DNA of 64,000 bases from an uncultured Actinomycetota bacterium (GCA_963786415.1 CAWAZC010000003.1:535720-599719); one strand, 5' to 3'; positions 45,897 to 56,382 are shown, numbered from the stretch's first letter. Translations and numbers: made by a program. Notes: a model not told the origin generated them from the letters alone.

Positions 45897-46727
45897 GTGG
45901 ACGGGGAAGAGACCGGGGCACCTCCACCGGTGCGCGTCGAGCGACGCCCGGTCGACGAAGCCGAGTCACGGCGAGCCAATGGTCCCGACTGGGACCGCTA
46001 CGCCGACGAGTACCAGGCGACCCATGGTGAGTTCCTCGGCGACGCGGGATTCGTGTGGGGCCCGGAGGGGCTGACCGAGGCCGAAGCGGGGGTCCTCGGC
46101 GACGTCGCGGACCGCGATGTGCTCGAGGTGGGCTCCGGCGCCGGCCAGTGCTCGCGGTGGATCCGCGAGCAGGGTGGCCGTCCGATCGGGCTCGACCTGT
46201 CCTACCGCCAGCTCCAGCACTCACGCCGGCTCGACGAGGAGACCGGCGCGGCGGTCCCCTCGATCCTGGGCACGGCGACCCACCTCCCGTTCGCCGACGA
46301 CTCGTTCGACGTTGTCTTCTCCTCCTTCGGCGCGCTGCAGTTCGTCAGCGACCTCGACCGGGCGGTCGCGGAGACCGCCCGGGTATTGCGACCCGGCGGG
46401 CGGTTTGCCTTCTCGATCACCCACCCCACGCGCTGGATGTTCCCCGACGACCCCGGCGAGGGTGGGCTCGTGGCGAGCCAGTCCTACTGGGACCGGACGC
46501 CGTACGTCGAGGTGGACGATGCGACCGGGCAGGTGTCGTACGTCGAGCATCACCGCACCCTCGGCGACTGGGTGGGGCTGCTGGCCGGCAACGGCTTCGT
46601 GATCACCGACCTGCTGGAGCCGGAGTGGCCGGAGGGCCACGAGCGGATCTGGGGCGGCTGGTCGGCAGTGCGTGGGCGACTGACGCCGGGTACGGCGATC
46701 TTCGGGGCGCGCCTAGCCGCTGGCTGA
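45897..46727 (+). CDS. Class I SAM-dependent methyltransferase
   Basis: VLEVGSGAGQCSRW, LPFADDSFD, RVLRPGG; TAGTCT -10 7 nt upstream. Confidence 0.88.
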   Translation: MDGEETGAPPPVRVERRPVDEAESRRANGPDWDRYADEYQATHGEFLGDAGFVWGPEGLTEAEAGVLGDVADRDVLEVGSGAGQCSRWIREQGGRPIGLDLSYRQLQHSRRLDEETGAAVPSILGTATHLPFADDSFDVVFSSFGALQFVSDLDRAVAETARVLRPGGRFAFSITHPTRWMFPDDPGEGGLVASQSYWDRTPYVEVDDATGQVSYVEHHRTLGDWVGLLAGNGFVITDLLEPEWPEGHERIWGGWSAVRGRLTPGTAIFGARLAAG

Positions 46728-46853
46728 GCTGTTGGCCGCGGCGCGGCGGGGGTCACGGCCAGTTTTCGTCCACATGGCCGTCTCCGGCAAGCGTTCTCCA
46801 CAGGTCCCGACTCGAGGTCCTTGAGCGTCGCCGGAAACTCCTAGCGTGAGGTC

Positions 46854-47246
46854 ATGACGGTCCGTCAGCTGGTCCCCGAACACCCGGTGCGCGCCTGTGC
46901 TCGGGTGATCGGTTCCGCGCTGGACCAGGTGGCCGACCTGGATCCGATGTACATGACGACCACCGACAAGGCCGCCTCCCTCGTGGAGCTCACCAGGCTG
47001 TCAGCGCGCCTGGAAGCGCTGCGGCTGCGGGTGCTCGCCACCGCCGACGACGTGGCGCTCGACTCCGGTGACCGCTCTCCGGCGGCCCGGCTGGCTCACC
47101 GCACACGCTCCGATGTCAGACCCGCTCTGTCCGACGGCCGGCTCGCCGAGTCGCTGGAGTCGCGATGGCAGCTGGTGAGGGAGGGACTAGCAGATGGAAG
47201 CGTGAACGTGCCCAGCGGCGACTTCAGGTTCCACCGGCGGACCTGA
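46854..47246 (+). pseudogene. Internally deleted DUF222/HNH endonuclease (13E12-like) gene
   Basis: DUF222-like N-terminus (HPV..LDQVA..MTT.DKAA.LVEL..L.ALRLRVLA.A..VA..SG) joined directly to a C-terminal-like tail PSGDFRFHRRT; no HNH motif. Confidence 0.65.
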
Positions 47247-47277
47247 GAAGGGGCATTGATCGCGCGGTGCCCCTTTC
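47247..47277 (+). terminator. Hairpin after the DUF222 remnant
   Basis: GAAGGGGCA..TGCCCCTTTC. Confidence 0.5.
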
Positions 47278-47474
47278 CTGCTGTTGCCGTGCCATGCCGA
47301 CCAGACCAAAGCCGCGCGAACAAAGAATCCGAGCCAGGGCGGACGCCGGGAAACGCCTGGAACCTAGCCATACGCGCCGGTGACCGACTATTTCGCGATA
47401 CCGAAATCGGGGGTCGTAGCCTGTGGTCTCCAGCACCGCCCGCCAGCTCACGCACGGAACAGAGGCCAATCGGG

Positions 47475-48728
47475 GTGACCCAGTCCCACTCGCCGGCCCC
47501 CGGCAGCCTCCGCGGACTCCTGCGCGGTGGCGTCGGCATCGCCGTGGCGACCGGTGTCATGAACCTGACCACCTACGGCTTCGTGCTCGCGGCCGCGAGG
47601 CTCCTCGGACCGGTCGAGTACGGCGGTGTTGCCCGGCTGATGTTCATCCTGCTGGTCGTGGGTGTGCTCTCCCTCGGGCTGCAGGCCACGGGAGCCCGGA
47701 AGATCGCCGCCAACCCCTCGCGGCGCGGGGAGGTCGAGGCGGCGGTCATGTCGGCGTCGTACCGCTCTGCACTCGCACTCGGCGCCCTCTGCCTGGCCCT
47801 CACGCCGGTCATCGCGTGGACGGCACGCCTGGACTCGTGGACGCCGGCACTGATGATCGGTCTCAGCGCGGTGCCGCTCACGATCATGGGTGGGCAGTCG
47901 GGCGTCCTCCAGGGCGAGCGACGCTGGGCTCCGCTCGCGGGCGTCTATCTCGGGCTCGGTCTCGGCCGGTTCGTCATCGGCGGCGTCTTGATGCTTCTCA
48001 TCCCCACGGCGTTCGGGGCCATGCTCGGCGTGACGCTGGGCGCCTGCGTCCCGGCGGTCGTCGGCGCCCTGGCTCTCGGGCACGCGGGCCGTGTCCGCGC
48101 AGCGGGGCAGCGGGCGGTGGTGGACCCCGAGCAGGTGCTGCACGAAGTGGTGGCCAACTCGCATGCGCTGTTCGCGTTCTTCGCGCTCTCCGGGGTCGAC
48201 GTGCTCGTGGCCGGCCTGGTGCTCGATGAGCACGCCGCCGGGCTCTACGCCGCCGGCCTGATCCTCACCAAAGCGGTGTTGTTCCTGCCGCAGTTCGTGG
48301 TCATCGTCGCCTTCCCCTCGATGGCCTCCGCGACCGAGCGTCATCGCGTCTACCTCAGGGGCCTCGCCCTCGTGGCCGCGGCCGGACTCCTCGCCACCCT
48401 CGGAGCGATCGCGTTCAGCCGCCTCGCGATCGCGTTCGTCGGCGGCGACCAGTACGCCGCGATCGAGCCCTACATCGGCCTGTTCGCCGCGCTCGGCATG
48501 GTGCTGGCGATGATCCAGCTGATGGTCTACGAGGTGGTGGCCCGCCAGCACCGCGCCAGCGTCCTGATTCTCTGGGCGGGTCTGGTCGCGGTGGCCTCCA
48601 CAGCCTTCTACGTCGACAGCGTCGGCTCGCTCGTGCTCAGTGTGACCCTCGTGAACCTGCTCGTGCTGCTGACCCTCGTGCTGGACGCGATGCGGCACCG
48701 GACAGGGGCGCCGGTCGCCTCAGGGTGA
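47475..48728 (+). CDS. Polysaccharide biosynthesis/flippase-like membrane protein
   Basis: About 12 TM segments, ARLLGPVEYG, GVLQGERRW, AGLYAAG..KAVLFLPQ. Confidence 0.75.
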   Translation: MTQSHSPAPGSLRGLLRGGVGIAVATGVMNLTTYGFVLAAARLLGPVEYGGVARLMFILLVVGVLSLGLQATGARKIAANPSRRGEVEAAVMSASYRSALALGALCLALTPVIAWTARLDSWTPALMIGLSAVPLTIMGGQSGVLQGERRWAPLAGVYLGLGLGRFVIGGVLMLLIPTAFGAMLGVTLGACVPAVVGALALGHAGRVRAAGQRAVVDPEQVLHEVVANSHALFAFFALSGVDVLVAGLVLDEHAAGLYAAGLILTKAVLFLPQFVVIVAFPSMASATERHRVYLRGLALVAAAGLLATLGAIAFSRLAIAFVGGDQYAAIEPYIGLFAALGMVLAMIQLMVYEVVARQHRASVLILWAGLVAVASTAFYVDSVGSLVLSVTLVNLLVLLTLVLDAMRHRTGAPVASG

Positions 48729-48734
48729 CCAGGG

Positions 48735-51458
48735 TCAGTGAGCGGCTTCGTGCCAGCTGCGGCCGGTGCCGACGGAGACGTCAAGGGGCACGGCGAGCTC
48801 GGCGGCACCGGCCATCTGTTCACGGACCAGCCGTTCGAGGCCGCCGCGCTCCCCTGTCGCCACCTCGAACACGAGCTCGTCGTGCACCTGGAGCAGCATC
48901 CGGGAGGCCAGCCCGGACTCGGTCAGCGCACGATCGACGTTGAGCATCGCGACCTTGATCAGGTCGGCGGCCGAACCCTGGATCGGGGCATTGAGGGCCA
49001 TCCGCTCGGCCATCTCGCGCCGCTGCCGGTTGTCGCTGGTCAGGTCGGGTAGGTAGCGGCGTCGACCCCAGATGGTCTCGGTGAAGCCGGACTTGCGCGC
49101 TTCGTCGACGATCCCGCCGAGGTAGTCGCGCACCCCGCCGAAGGTCAGGAAGTACTCGTCCATCAGCGCGCGGGCCTCGCTCGGCTCGATGCGCAGCTGC
49201 TGGCCGAGGCCGAACGCGGACAGGCCGTAGGCGAGGCCGTAGTTCATCGCCTTGATCTTCGCGCGCATGGCCGGGGTGACGTCGTCGGCGTCGACGTCGA
49301 AGACCCGGGCGGCGGTGATCGAGTGGAAGTCGCGGCCGGACTTGAACGCCTCGATCAGCAGCTGGTCCTCGGACAGATGGGCCATGATCCGCATCTCGAT
49401 CTGGCTGTAGTCGGCCGTCATCAGGGACTCGAAGCCCTTGCCCACCACGAACCCCTCGCGGATCCGACGCCCCTCCTCGGTGCGGATCGGGATGTTCTGC
49501 AGGTTGGGCTCGGTGCTGGAGAGCCGACCGGTCGCGGCGATGGTCTGGTTGAAGGTGGTGTGGATCCGGCCGTCGGAGGCCACGGTCTTGAGCAGGCCCT
49601 CGATGGTCTGCCGGAGCCGCGAGACGTCGCGGTGCCGTAGCAGCGCCGTCAGGAAGGGGTGCTCGGTCTTGACGTAGAGCTGCTGGAGCGCGTCGGCGTC
49701 GGTGGTGTAGCCGGTCTTGGTGCGCTTGGTCTTCGGCATGTCGAGCTCGTCGAACAGCACCACCTGCAGCTGCTTGGGGGACCCGAGGTTGATCTCCTTG
49801 CCGATGACCGAGAAGGCCTCGTCGGCCGCCTGCTTCTGCTCGGTGGCGAAGTGGCTCTCCAGGGCCTCGAGGTGATCGGTGTCGACCGCGACCCCGACCT
49901 GCTCCATCGCGGCGAGCAGGTCGACGAGCGGCAGCTCCATCTCAGCCAGCAGCCGTGCCCCGCCGTGCTCCTCGATCTCGTGGTCGAGCGCGTCGGCGAG
50001 GTCGAGGACCGCGCGAGCATGGAGCATCGGGATCTCCGCCGACCCGGTGTCCTCGACGGCGTCGAGGGTGAGCTGGCCGGAGTCGCCGGTGTCCTGCTTC
50101 AGCTCGCGCTTGAGGTAGCGGACGGTGAGGTCGGCCAGGTCATAGGAGCGCTGGTCGGGACGCACGAGGTAGGCGGCGAGGGCGGTGTCGCTCACCAAGC
50201 CGCGCAGTGGCCAGCCCCGGGCGGCCAGGGCGAGCATCGGCCCCTTGGCGTCGTGGAGCACCTTGGGAAGGTCGGGGTCGCCGAACCACGACACGAGTGC
50301 GGCATCGTCGTCGGGAGTCACCTCGGTGACGTCGAACCAGCAGGCCGTGCCGTCCACGGCCGCCAGTGCCACCGACCACACCTCGCCGGTGCCGCCGCCC
50401 CAGGAGCCCTGCACCGCCACTCCGGTGCGCGATCGTGCATCGCCGGGTTCCACCGGCGGCCGGGCGTGCTCGTCGAGCCAGGCAACGACCTCGCCGGGGG
50501 CGAGCCGGGCTCCGGTCATCTCGAAGCCCGAGTCGTCGATCTCCTCCTCCGACTCCAGCGTCTCGAACAGCCGGTCGCGGAGGACCCGGAACTCCAGTCC
50601 GTCGAACAGGGTGTGGACCTCGTGGCGGTCCCACGGCTTGACCGCGAGGTCGGCCGGACCGAGGTCGAGGTCGAGGTCGCAGACGAGAGCGTTGAGGCGC
50701 CGGTTGCGGAGCACGTCGCCCAGGTGCTCGCGGAGAGCCTCGCCCTTCTTGCCGGTGATCTGGTCGGCGTGGGTGATGACGTTGTCGAGACCGTCGAACT
50801 GGTTGATCCACTTCGCGGCATAGCCCTGCCCGACCCCGGGCACGCCCGGCAGGTTGTCGGAGGTCTCTCCCACGATCGCGGCCAGCTCGGGATAGCGCTG
50901 CGGAGGCACGCCGTACCTGGCCTCGACCGCGTCGGGAGTCATCCGAGCCAGCTCGGACACACCGCGCATCGGGTAGAGCACCGTCGACCGGTCGGTGACC
51001 AACTGGAAGGCGTCGCGGTCGCCGGTGAGGATCAGCACCTCGAGGTCCTCGGCCAGCGCCTGGGTCGTCAGGGTCGCGATGATGTCGTCGGCTTCGTAGC
51101 CGTCCTTCCCCAGGAATGGGATCCGCAGCGCCGAGAGCACCTCCTGGATGAGCGGGAGCTGGCTACTGAACTCGTCGGGGGTCTTGTTGCGCTTGGCCTT
51201 GTACTCGGCGTACTCGTCCAGCCGGAAGGTCTTGCGGGAGACGTCGAAGGCCACGGCCACGTGGGTCGGCTGCTCGTCGCGCAGCACGTTGATGAGCATC
51301 GAGGTGAAGCCGTAGACGGCGTTGGTGTGCTGCCCGGTCGTCGTCGAGAAGTTCTCCACCGGCAACGCGAAGAACGCGCGGTAGGCCAGGGAATGGCCGT
51401 CGAGGAGTAGGAGGCGTGGGCGGCCGGACGGGTCTGCCTTGGTCTCTGTCACGGGCAC
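48735..51458 (-). CDS. polA: DNA polymerase I
   Basis: LLLDGHSLAYRAFFALP, EADDII, TGRLSSTEPNLQNIP, DYSQIEMR, QVHDEL. Confidence 0.97.
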   Translation of the reverse strand: MPVTETKADPSGRPRLLLLDGHSLAYRAFFALPVENFSTTTGQHTNAVYGFTSMLINVLRDEQPTHVAVAFDVSRKTFRLDEYAEYKAKRNKTPDEFSSQLPLIQEVLSALRIPFLGKDGYEADDIIATLTTQALAEDLEVLILTGDRDAFQLVTDRSTVLYPMRGVSELARMTPDAVEARYGVPPQRYPELAAIVGETSDNLPGVPGVGQGYAAKWINQFDGLDNVITHADQITGKKGEALREHLGDVLRNRRLNALVCDLDLDLGPADLAVKPWDRHEVHTLFDGLEFRVLRDRLFETLESEEEIDDSGFEMTGARLAPGEVVAWLDEHARPPVEPGDARSRTGVAVQGSWGGGTGEVWSVALAAVDGTACWFDVTEVTPDDDAALVSWFGDPDLPKVLHDAKGPMLALAARGWPLRGLVSDTALAAYLVRPDQRSYDLADLTVRYLKRELKQDTGDSGQLTLDAVEDTGSAEIPMLHARAVLDLADALDHEIEEHGGARLLAEMELPLVDLLAAMEQVGVAVDTDHLEALESHFATEQKQAADEAFSVIGKEINLGSPKQLQVVLFDELDMPKTKRTKTGYTTDADALQQLYVKTEHPFLTALLRHRDVSRLRQTIEGLLKTVASDGRIHTTFNQTIAATGRLSSTEPNLQNIPIRTEEGRRIREGFVVGKGFESLMTADYSQIEMRIMAHLSEDQLLIEAFKSGRDFHSITAARVFDVDADDVTPAMRAKIKAMNYGLAYGLSAFGLGQQLRIEPSEARALMDEYFLTFGGVRDYLGGIVDEARKSGFTETIWGRRRYLPDLTSDNRQRREMAERMALNAPIQGSAADLIKVAMLNVDRALTESGLASRMLLQVHDELVFEVATGERGGLERLVREQMAGAAELAVPLDVSVGTGRSWHEAAH

Positions 51459-51516
51459 GGGCCGAGCCTAGCCGTCGCCGGGGACAGCCACCGGGCCACC
51501 AGACGCAAGCGCTGCG

Positions 51517-52125
51517 TCAGCTCTGGGAGTCGGCGATCCGGTGGCGCTGGGCCCGCCGCGTGGAGCGCCGGGCGGCCAGGACGTGCGTGAGCTGGCGGGC
51601 TCTGGAACGGCCGGTGGTGCGGCTGGTGGCAGGAGCCTGGGCGTCGAGCTTCGCCTGGACCATGGCGGTCGGCGCCAGGCGCACGACGGCGTGTGGGCCG
51701 AGCGCGAGCCGGGCCATGAACCGGTTGGCGTCCCGCGAGCCGGAGATCGCGGCCGTGGCGATGTGGGCGATGCCGCGCTCCTCGGCGAACGCCACCGCTG
51801 CCTCCATGAGGGTGCGCCCCACGCCGCGGCGACGGAAGGCCGGCAGCACGTGGGGTGAAATCGCCTGCACGACCGGCTCCAGGTTGATCGGCGTCAAGGT
51901 GGTGGCCCGCAGATGGACGGCCCCGGCGACCTCGCCGTCGTACTCCGCGACCACGATCCGCTCGTCCTCGAGCGGCTTCACCCGGGCGATGATCGCCTGC
52001 AGATCGGCGACCTGCTCGTCGTGGTCGACCCGCCGCAGCACCTCCGACCACACCTGAGCCAGCACGGGAGCGTCGTCGGGCGACGCAAGTCGCAGGGACA
52101 CCAGGGTGCGCTTCACAGGGAACAC
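51517..52125 (-). CDS. GNAT family acetyltransferase
   Basis: VLPAFRRRGVGRTLM, ANRFMARL. Confidence 0.8.
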   Translation of the reverse strand: MFPVKRTLVSLRLASPDDAPVLAQVWSEVLRRVDHDEQVADLQAIIARVKPLEDERIVVAEYDGEVAGAVHLRATTLTPINLEPVVQAISPHVLPAFRRRGVGRTLMEAAVAFAEERGIAHIATAAISGSRDANRFMARLALGPHAVVRLAPTAMVQAKLDAQAPATSRTTGRSRARQLTHVLAARRSTRRAQRHRIADSQS

Positions 52126-52229
52126 CTCGAGAGACCTTTCCGCAGCTCCGTCCGCCTCACTTGGTCCCCCGGACGCGGCTCCACCGGGGAAGACTACGCT
52201 CAGACCGCCCGCATCGACAGAGGAGGCTC

Positions 52230-52976
52230 TTGATCCCCGGCATCGGCACCCTGGTGAACGTGGTCACGGTGCTGCTCGGAGCGAGCCTGGGAGTGCTGGC
52301 CGGGCATCGCCTGCCCGAGCGCACCCGCGACGTCGTCACCGACGCACTCGGGCTGGTCACGCTGCTGATCGCGGCCACGAGTGCGGTCGCCGTCGGCGCG
52401 CCGGCGCTCACGTCGTACGTCGGCTCCAGTGCGCCGATGCTGATTGTGCTCGGCTCGATGGTGATCGGTGGCGTCATCGGCTCGTTGCTGCGGCTGGAGG
52501 CACGCGTCGAGGGGCTGGGCGGCTGGCTGCAGGCACGGCTGGCCGGCGACCGAGGCTCGGTCGAGCGGCACCGGTTCATCGAGGGCTTCGTGGTGTCGTC
52601 GCTGGTGTTCTGCATGGGCCCGCTGACGATCCTGGGCTCCCTGAACGACGGGCTCGGGCTCGGTGCCGACCAGCTGTTCCTCAAGTCCGCGCTCGACGGA
52701 TTCGCGGCGATCGCCTTCGCGGCGTCCTTCGGCTGGGGAGTGGCGGCCAGCGCCCTCACCATGCTCGTGGTCCAGGGTGGCCTGACGGTGGTGGGACTGC
52801 TGCTCGGCGACGTACTGCCCGACGCCCACGTCGCCGCCCTCACCGCAACCGGGGGTCTGCTGCTGGTGGGGGTGGCGCTGCGGCTGCTGCGGATTCGCGA
52901 GATCCCGGTCGCCGACCTGCTCCCGGCGCTCATTGCGGCCCCAGTTCTTACACAAATTGCCGCGTGGCTCCATTGA
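52230..52976 (+). CDS. DUF554 family membrane protein
   Basis: GTLVNV, FCMGPLTILGSL, KSALDG; AGGAGG SD before TTG. Confidence 0.85.
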   Translation: MIPGIGTLVNVVTVLLGASLGVLAGHRLPERTRDVVTDALGLVTLLIAATSAVAVGAPALTSYVGSSAPMLIVLGSMVIGGVIGSLLRLEARVEGLGGWLQARLAGDRGSVERHRFIEGFVVSSLVFCMGPLTILGSLNDGLGLGADQLFLKSALDGFAAIAFAASFGWGVAASALTMLVVQGGLTVVGLLLGDVLPDAHVAALTATGGLLLVGVALRLLRIREIPVADLLPALIAAPVLTQIAAWLH

Positions 52977-53105
52977 CGTAACGGTTCGCTAACGACAGGG
53001 TGCCGGGTGACGCCGCTCACTCTTGCCGGTCTACGGTGGCATTTGGCTAGCCCACAGTGGGCGAGCAGCGGTGAAGTGCACCGTCGCAACAGAAAGGTTC
53101 ACCCC

Positions 53106-54461
53106 GTGAATCGATCCAGAACCGCCACCTGGGTCAAGCTGATGGCCGGTACCGCCGTCCTCAGCCTGTCCCTCGCAGCATGTGGCTCCGATGACTCAGG
53201 CGAGGCCGGGGACGACACCTCGCCCTCCGCAAGCGAGTCCGACACCTCCGCCGACGAAACATTCACAAACGACCGTTGCAGTGGTGGCTCCACCTCCGCA
53301 GACACGTTCAAGGTGGGGGGCATCCTGCCGCTCACGGGTAACCTCGCGTTCCTCGGTCCCCCGGAAATCGCAGGCGTGGGCCTCGCGGTCTCGGAGATCA
53401 ACGCCGCCGGCGGAGTCGACGGCGCGGACGCCTGCTACCAGATGGAGGACTCCGGCGACTCGACCGACATGTCGGTGTCGACCGCCTCGGCCGGCACCCT
53501 GGTCTCGGCCAAGCCCTCCGTCGTGATCGGCGCCGCGTCGTCCAGCGTCTCGCTGAACTTCGTCGACACCCTCACTGACGCCAACATCACCCAGGTGTCG
53601 CCGGCCAACACTGCGGTGGACCTGAGCGGTTACGACCCGTTCTACTTCCGCACGGCTCCCCCGGACACCATCCAGGGCAACGCGCTGGGCACGCTGATCA
53701 CGCAGGACGGCTACCAGCGGGTCGCCTTCATCGTGTTCAACGACACCTATGGCACCGGACTCCGCAACTACACCCAGGAGACGATCGAGGCCAACGGAGG
53801 TGAGGTCGTCTACGGCGCCCAGGGGCAGGGCGACGAGTTCCCGGCCGGCCAGACGACGTTCTCGGCCGAGGTCACCGCGGCGCTGAACGCCAACCCGGAC
53901 GCGATCGTGGTCCTGGCGTTCGACGAGTCCACGCCGATCATCAAGGAGCTGGACGCCCAGGGTTGGGACATGCCGAAGACGTACTTCACCGACGGCAACC
54001 TGTCCGACTACAGCGACAGCTTCGACCCGGGTCTGCTCGAGGGCGCCAAGGGCACGCTGCCCGGCAACGACCCCGACGAGGGGTTCAAGGACCGCCTCAT
54101 CGGGTGGTACGACACGGCTGAAGGCGACACGCTGAAGGACTTCTCCTACGGCGCCGAGTCCTACGACGCAGTGATCCTCGCCGCGCTGGCCGCGGTCAAG
54201 GGTGGCTCGACGGAGTCGACGACCGTCCAGGAGAACTACGCAGACGTCTCCGGCGCCACTGACGGCGAGGAGTGCACGACGTACGAAGACTGCGTCGCGC
54301 TCCTCGAGGATGGCTCGGAGATCCGCTACGCCGGTCCTTCAGGTATCGGTCCGATCAACGAGGACAACGACCCGTCCTCGGCGTTCATCGGGATCTACGA
54401 GTACAACAGTGACAACGTTCCCGAGATCGCCAGCGTCGTGGAGGGTGCTCCCGCAGGCTGA
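53106..54461 (+). CDS. Branched-chain amino acid ABC transporter substrate-binding lipoprotein
   Basis: LAAC lipobox, GILPLTG, EINAAGG, IGAASS, YFRTAPPD, ESYDAV. Confidence 0.88.
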   Translation: MNRSRTATWVKLMAGTAVLSLSLAACGSDDSGEAGDDTSPSASESDTSADETFTNDRCSGGSTSADTFKVGGILPLTGNLAFLGPPEIAGVGLAVSEINAAGGVDGADACYQMEDSGDSTDMSVSTASAGTLVSAKPSVVIGAASSSVSLNFVDTLTDANITQVSPANTAVDLSGYDPFYFRTAPPDTIQGNALGTLITQDGYQRVAFIVFNDTYGTGLRNYTQETIEANGGEVVYGAQGQGDEFPAGQTTFSAEVTAALNANPDAIVVLAFDESTPIIKELDAQGWDMPKTYFTDGNLSDYSDSFDPGLLEGAKGTLPGNDPDEGFKDRLIGWYDTAEGDTLKDFSYGAESYDAVILAALAAVKGGSTESTTVQENYADVSGATDGEECTTYEDCVALLEDGSEIRYAGPSGIGPINEDNDPSSAFIGIYEYNSDNVPEIASVVEGAPAG

Positions 54462-54479
54462 GTCCACACGCCAGCACGA

Positions 54480-54519
54480 CAAGGAGGGCCCCGGACCGCA
54501 AGGTCCGGGGCCCTCCTTG
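54480..54519. terminator. Bidirectional terminator between convergent liv genes
   Basis: CAAGGAGGGCCCCGGACC-GCAA-GGTCCGGGGCCCTCCTTG, 18-bp perfect stem. Confidence 0.85.
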
Positions 54520-54542
54520 TGGGCTCTCAGCCCGTCGGTGGC

Positions 54543-55322
54543 TCAGGTGTTCTGCTGGCGGCCCTTCCGGTCGGCCTCGACGTCCTCGGCGAGGGTGCCG
54601 AGGTAGAGCTCGATGACCTTGGGGTCCTTGGCCAGCTCCTTGCCGGTGCCGGTGTGGGCGTCGCGCCCCTGGTCGAGCACGTAGCCGCGATCGCAGATCT
54701 GCAGGCAGCGCCGGGCGTTCTGCTCGACCATAACGACGCACACGCCGGTCTGGTTGATCAGCCGGGTCCGGAGGAACGTCTCGTCCTGACGGACCGGGGA
54801 GAGGCCCGCAGACGGCTCGTCGAGCAGCAGGACCGATGGCTCCATCATCAGCGCCCTGGCCATCGCCAGGGACTGCCGCTCGCCGCCCGAAAGGGCTCCG
54901 GCCCGCTGGTTGCGCCGGTCGTGCAGCACCGGGAAGAGGTCCCAGGTGGCGGCGAGCCGCTCGGTGAGCTTCTTGGGCCGGGTGAACAGCCCCATCCGGA
55001 GGTTCTCCTCGATGCTCAGCGTCTGGAAGACGTTGTTGGTCTGGGGCACGAAGCCGACGCCCATCTCCACCAGCTTGTTGGCCTTGAGGTTGGTGATCTC
55101 CTCGCCATTGAGCGTGACGCTTCCGGAGTGGACCTTCACCAGGCCGAACATGGCCTTGAGCAGGGTCGACTTGCCGGCCCCGTTGGGACCGATGATGCCG
55201 ATCATCTCGCCGGGATAGGCGACGACGCTGCAGCCGTTGAGGATGTTCACGCCGGGGATGTAGCCGGCGACAATGTCCTTCGCCTCGACGACGGTCGTCT
55301 TGGTCTCCGTTGTCACGGTCAT
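54543..55322 (-). CDS. livF: Branched-chain amino acid ABC ATPase (LivF-like)
   Basis: GPNGAGKST, LSGGERQ, LLLDEPSAGL, VEQNA. Confidence 0.88.
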   Translation of the reverse strand: MTVTTETKTTVVEAKDIVAGYIPGVNILNGCSVVAYPGEMIGIIGPNGAGKSTLLKAMFGLVKVHSGSVTLNGEEITNLKANKLVEMGVGFVPQTNNVFQTLSIEENLRMGLFTRPKKLTERLAATWDLFPVLHDRRNQRAGALSGGERQSLAMARALMMEPSVLLLDEPSAGLSPVRQDETFLRTRLINQTGVCVVMVEQNARRCLQICDRGYVLDQGRDAHTGTGKELAKDPKVIELYLGTLAEDVEADRKGRQQNT

Positions 55323-55329
55323 TCGGGGC

Positions 55330-55368
55330 CCCCGTTCGAAGCGAAACGGAGTGAGCATTCGAATGGGG
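55330..55368. repeat. REP-like imperfect palindrome between livG and livF
   Basis: CCCCGTTCGAA-N17-TTCGAATGGGG. Confidence 0.5.
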
Positions 55369-55374
55369 TGATGT

Positions 55375-56382
55375 TCACTTCTTCTCCTCCACTCCGGCAT
55401 CGGGTTCGGTCGGCGCGGCTTCGGCCTCGGCTTCGCGCTCGGCCTCCTCGGCAGCCACCTCTTCGGCGATCTCGGCCAGCGCCTCCTCCGAAACCTCTTC
55501 CTCGCCCAGGTCGGTGTCGTGGTGGGCGCCGAGGTAGGCATCGATGACCGCGGGGTCCGACATGACGGTGTCGGCCGAACCCTCGGCGACGAGGCGCCCC
55601 TCGGCCATGACGGCGACCCAGTCGGAGATGTGGCGGACGACGTGCATGTCGTGCTCGACGAAGAGCACGGTCATCCCCTCGTCGCGCAGGCTCTGGATGT
55701 GGGCCAGCAGCGACTGGGTGAGGGCGGGGTTCACGCCGGCCATCGGCTCATCGAGCATGATCATCGTCGGGTCGCTCATCAGCGCCCGGGCCATCTCGAG
55801 CAGCTTGCGCTGACCGCCGGACAGGCTGCCCGCGTAGTCGTCCTTCTTCTCCAGCAAGTTGAACCGCTCGAGCAGCTCCAGGGCCTTGGCCTCGATCTCC
55901 CCCTCCTGGCGACCCCACAGCGGCCTGAACATCGACTTGAGCAGGTTCTCACCGGCCTGCTGTTGTGCGCCGAGCATCATGTTGTCGCGCACCGTCATCC
56001 GGCTCAGCGCCTTGGTGAGCTGGAAGGTGCGGACCATGCCTGAGCGGGCCACGCTGGACGCCGAGGTCTTGTCGAGGACCTTGCCCTCGAAGGACCAGTG
56101 AGCGCCCTTGCCGGCCGAGGTCGGCTTGTCGAAGCCGGTGATGAGGTTGAAGAACGTCGTCTTGCCGGCACCGTTGGGGCCGATCAGCGCGGTGATGATG
56201 CCGCGCTGGACCTCCAGGTGGTCGACATTGACCGCCGTCATGCCGCCGAACTGACGGACGATGTTGTTGACGACGAGGATGGAGTCGGGCTTCTTCGAAC
56301 CCGGCGTGGCCTCGACCTCCGACATCATCCGGCGTCGGGCCTCCGGGTCGGCCGAAGGCGGACTGGTGGTCTGCTCAGGCAT
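55375..56382 (-). CDS. livG: Branched-chain amino acid ABC ATPase (LivG-like)
   Basis: GPNGAGKTT, VRTFQ, LDEPMAG, VEHDM, VIDAYLG. Confidence 0.88.
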   Translation of the reverse strand: MPEQTTSPPSADPEARRRMMSEVEATPGSKKPDSILVVNNIVRQFGGMTAVNVDHLEVQRGIITALIGPNGAGKTTFFNLITGFDKPTSAGKGAHWSFEGKVLDKTSASSVARSGMVRTFQLTKALSRMTVRDNMMLGAQQQAGENLLKSMFRPLWGRQEGEIEAKALELLERFNLLEKKDDYAGSLSGGQRKLLEMARALMSDPTMIMLDEPMAGVNPALTQSLLAHIQSLRDEGMTVLFVEHDMHVVRHISDWVAVMAEGRLVAEGSADTVMSDPAVIDAYLGAHHDTDLGEEEVSEEALAEIAEEVAAEEAEREAEAEAAPTEPDAGVEEKK

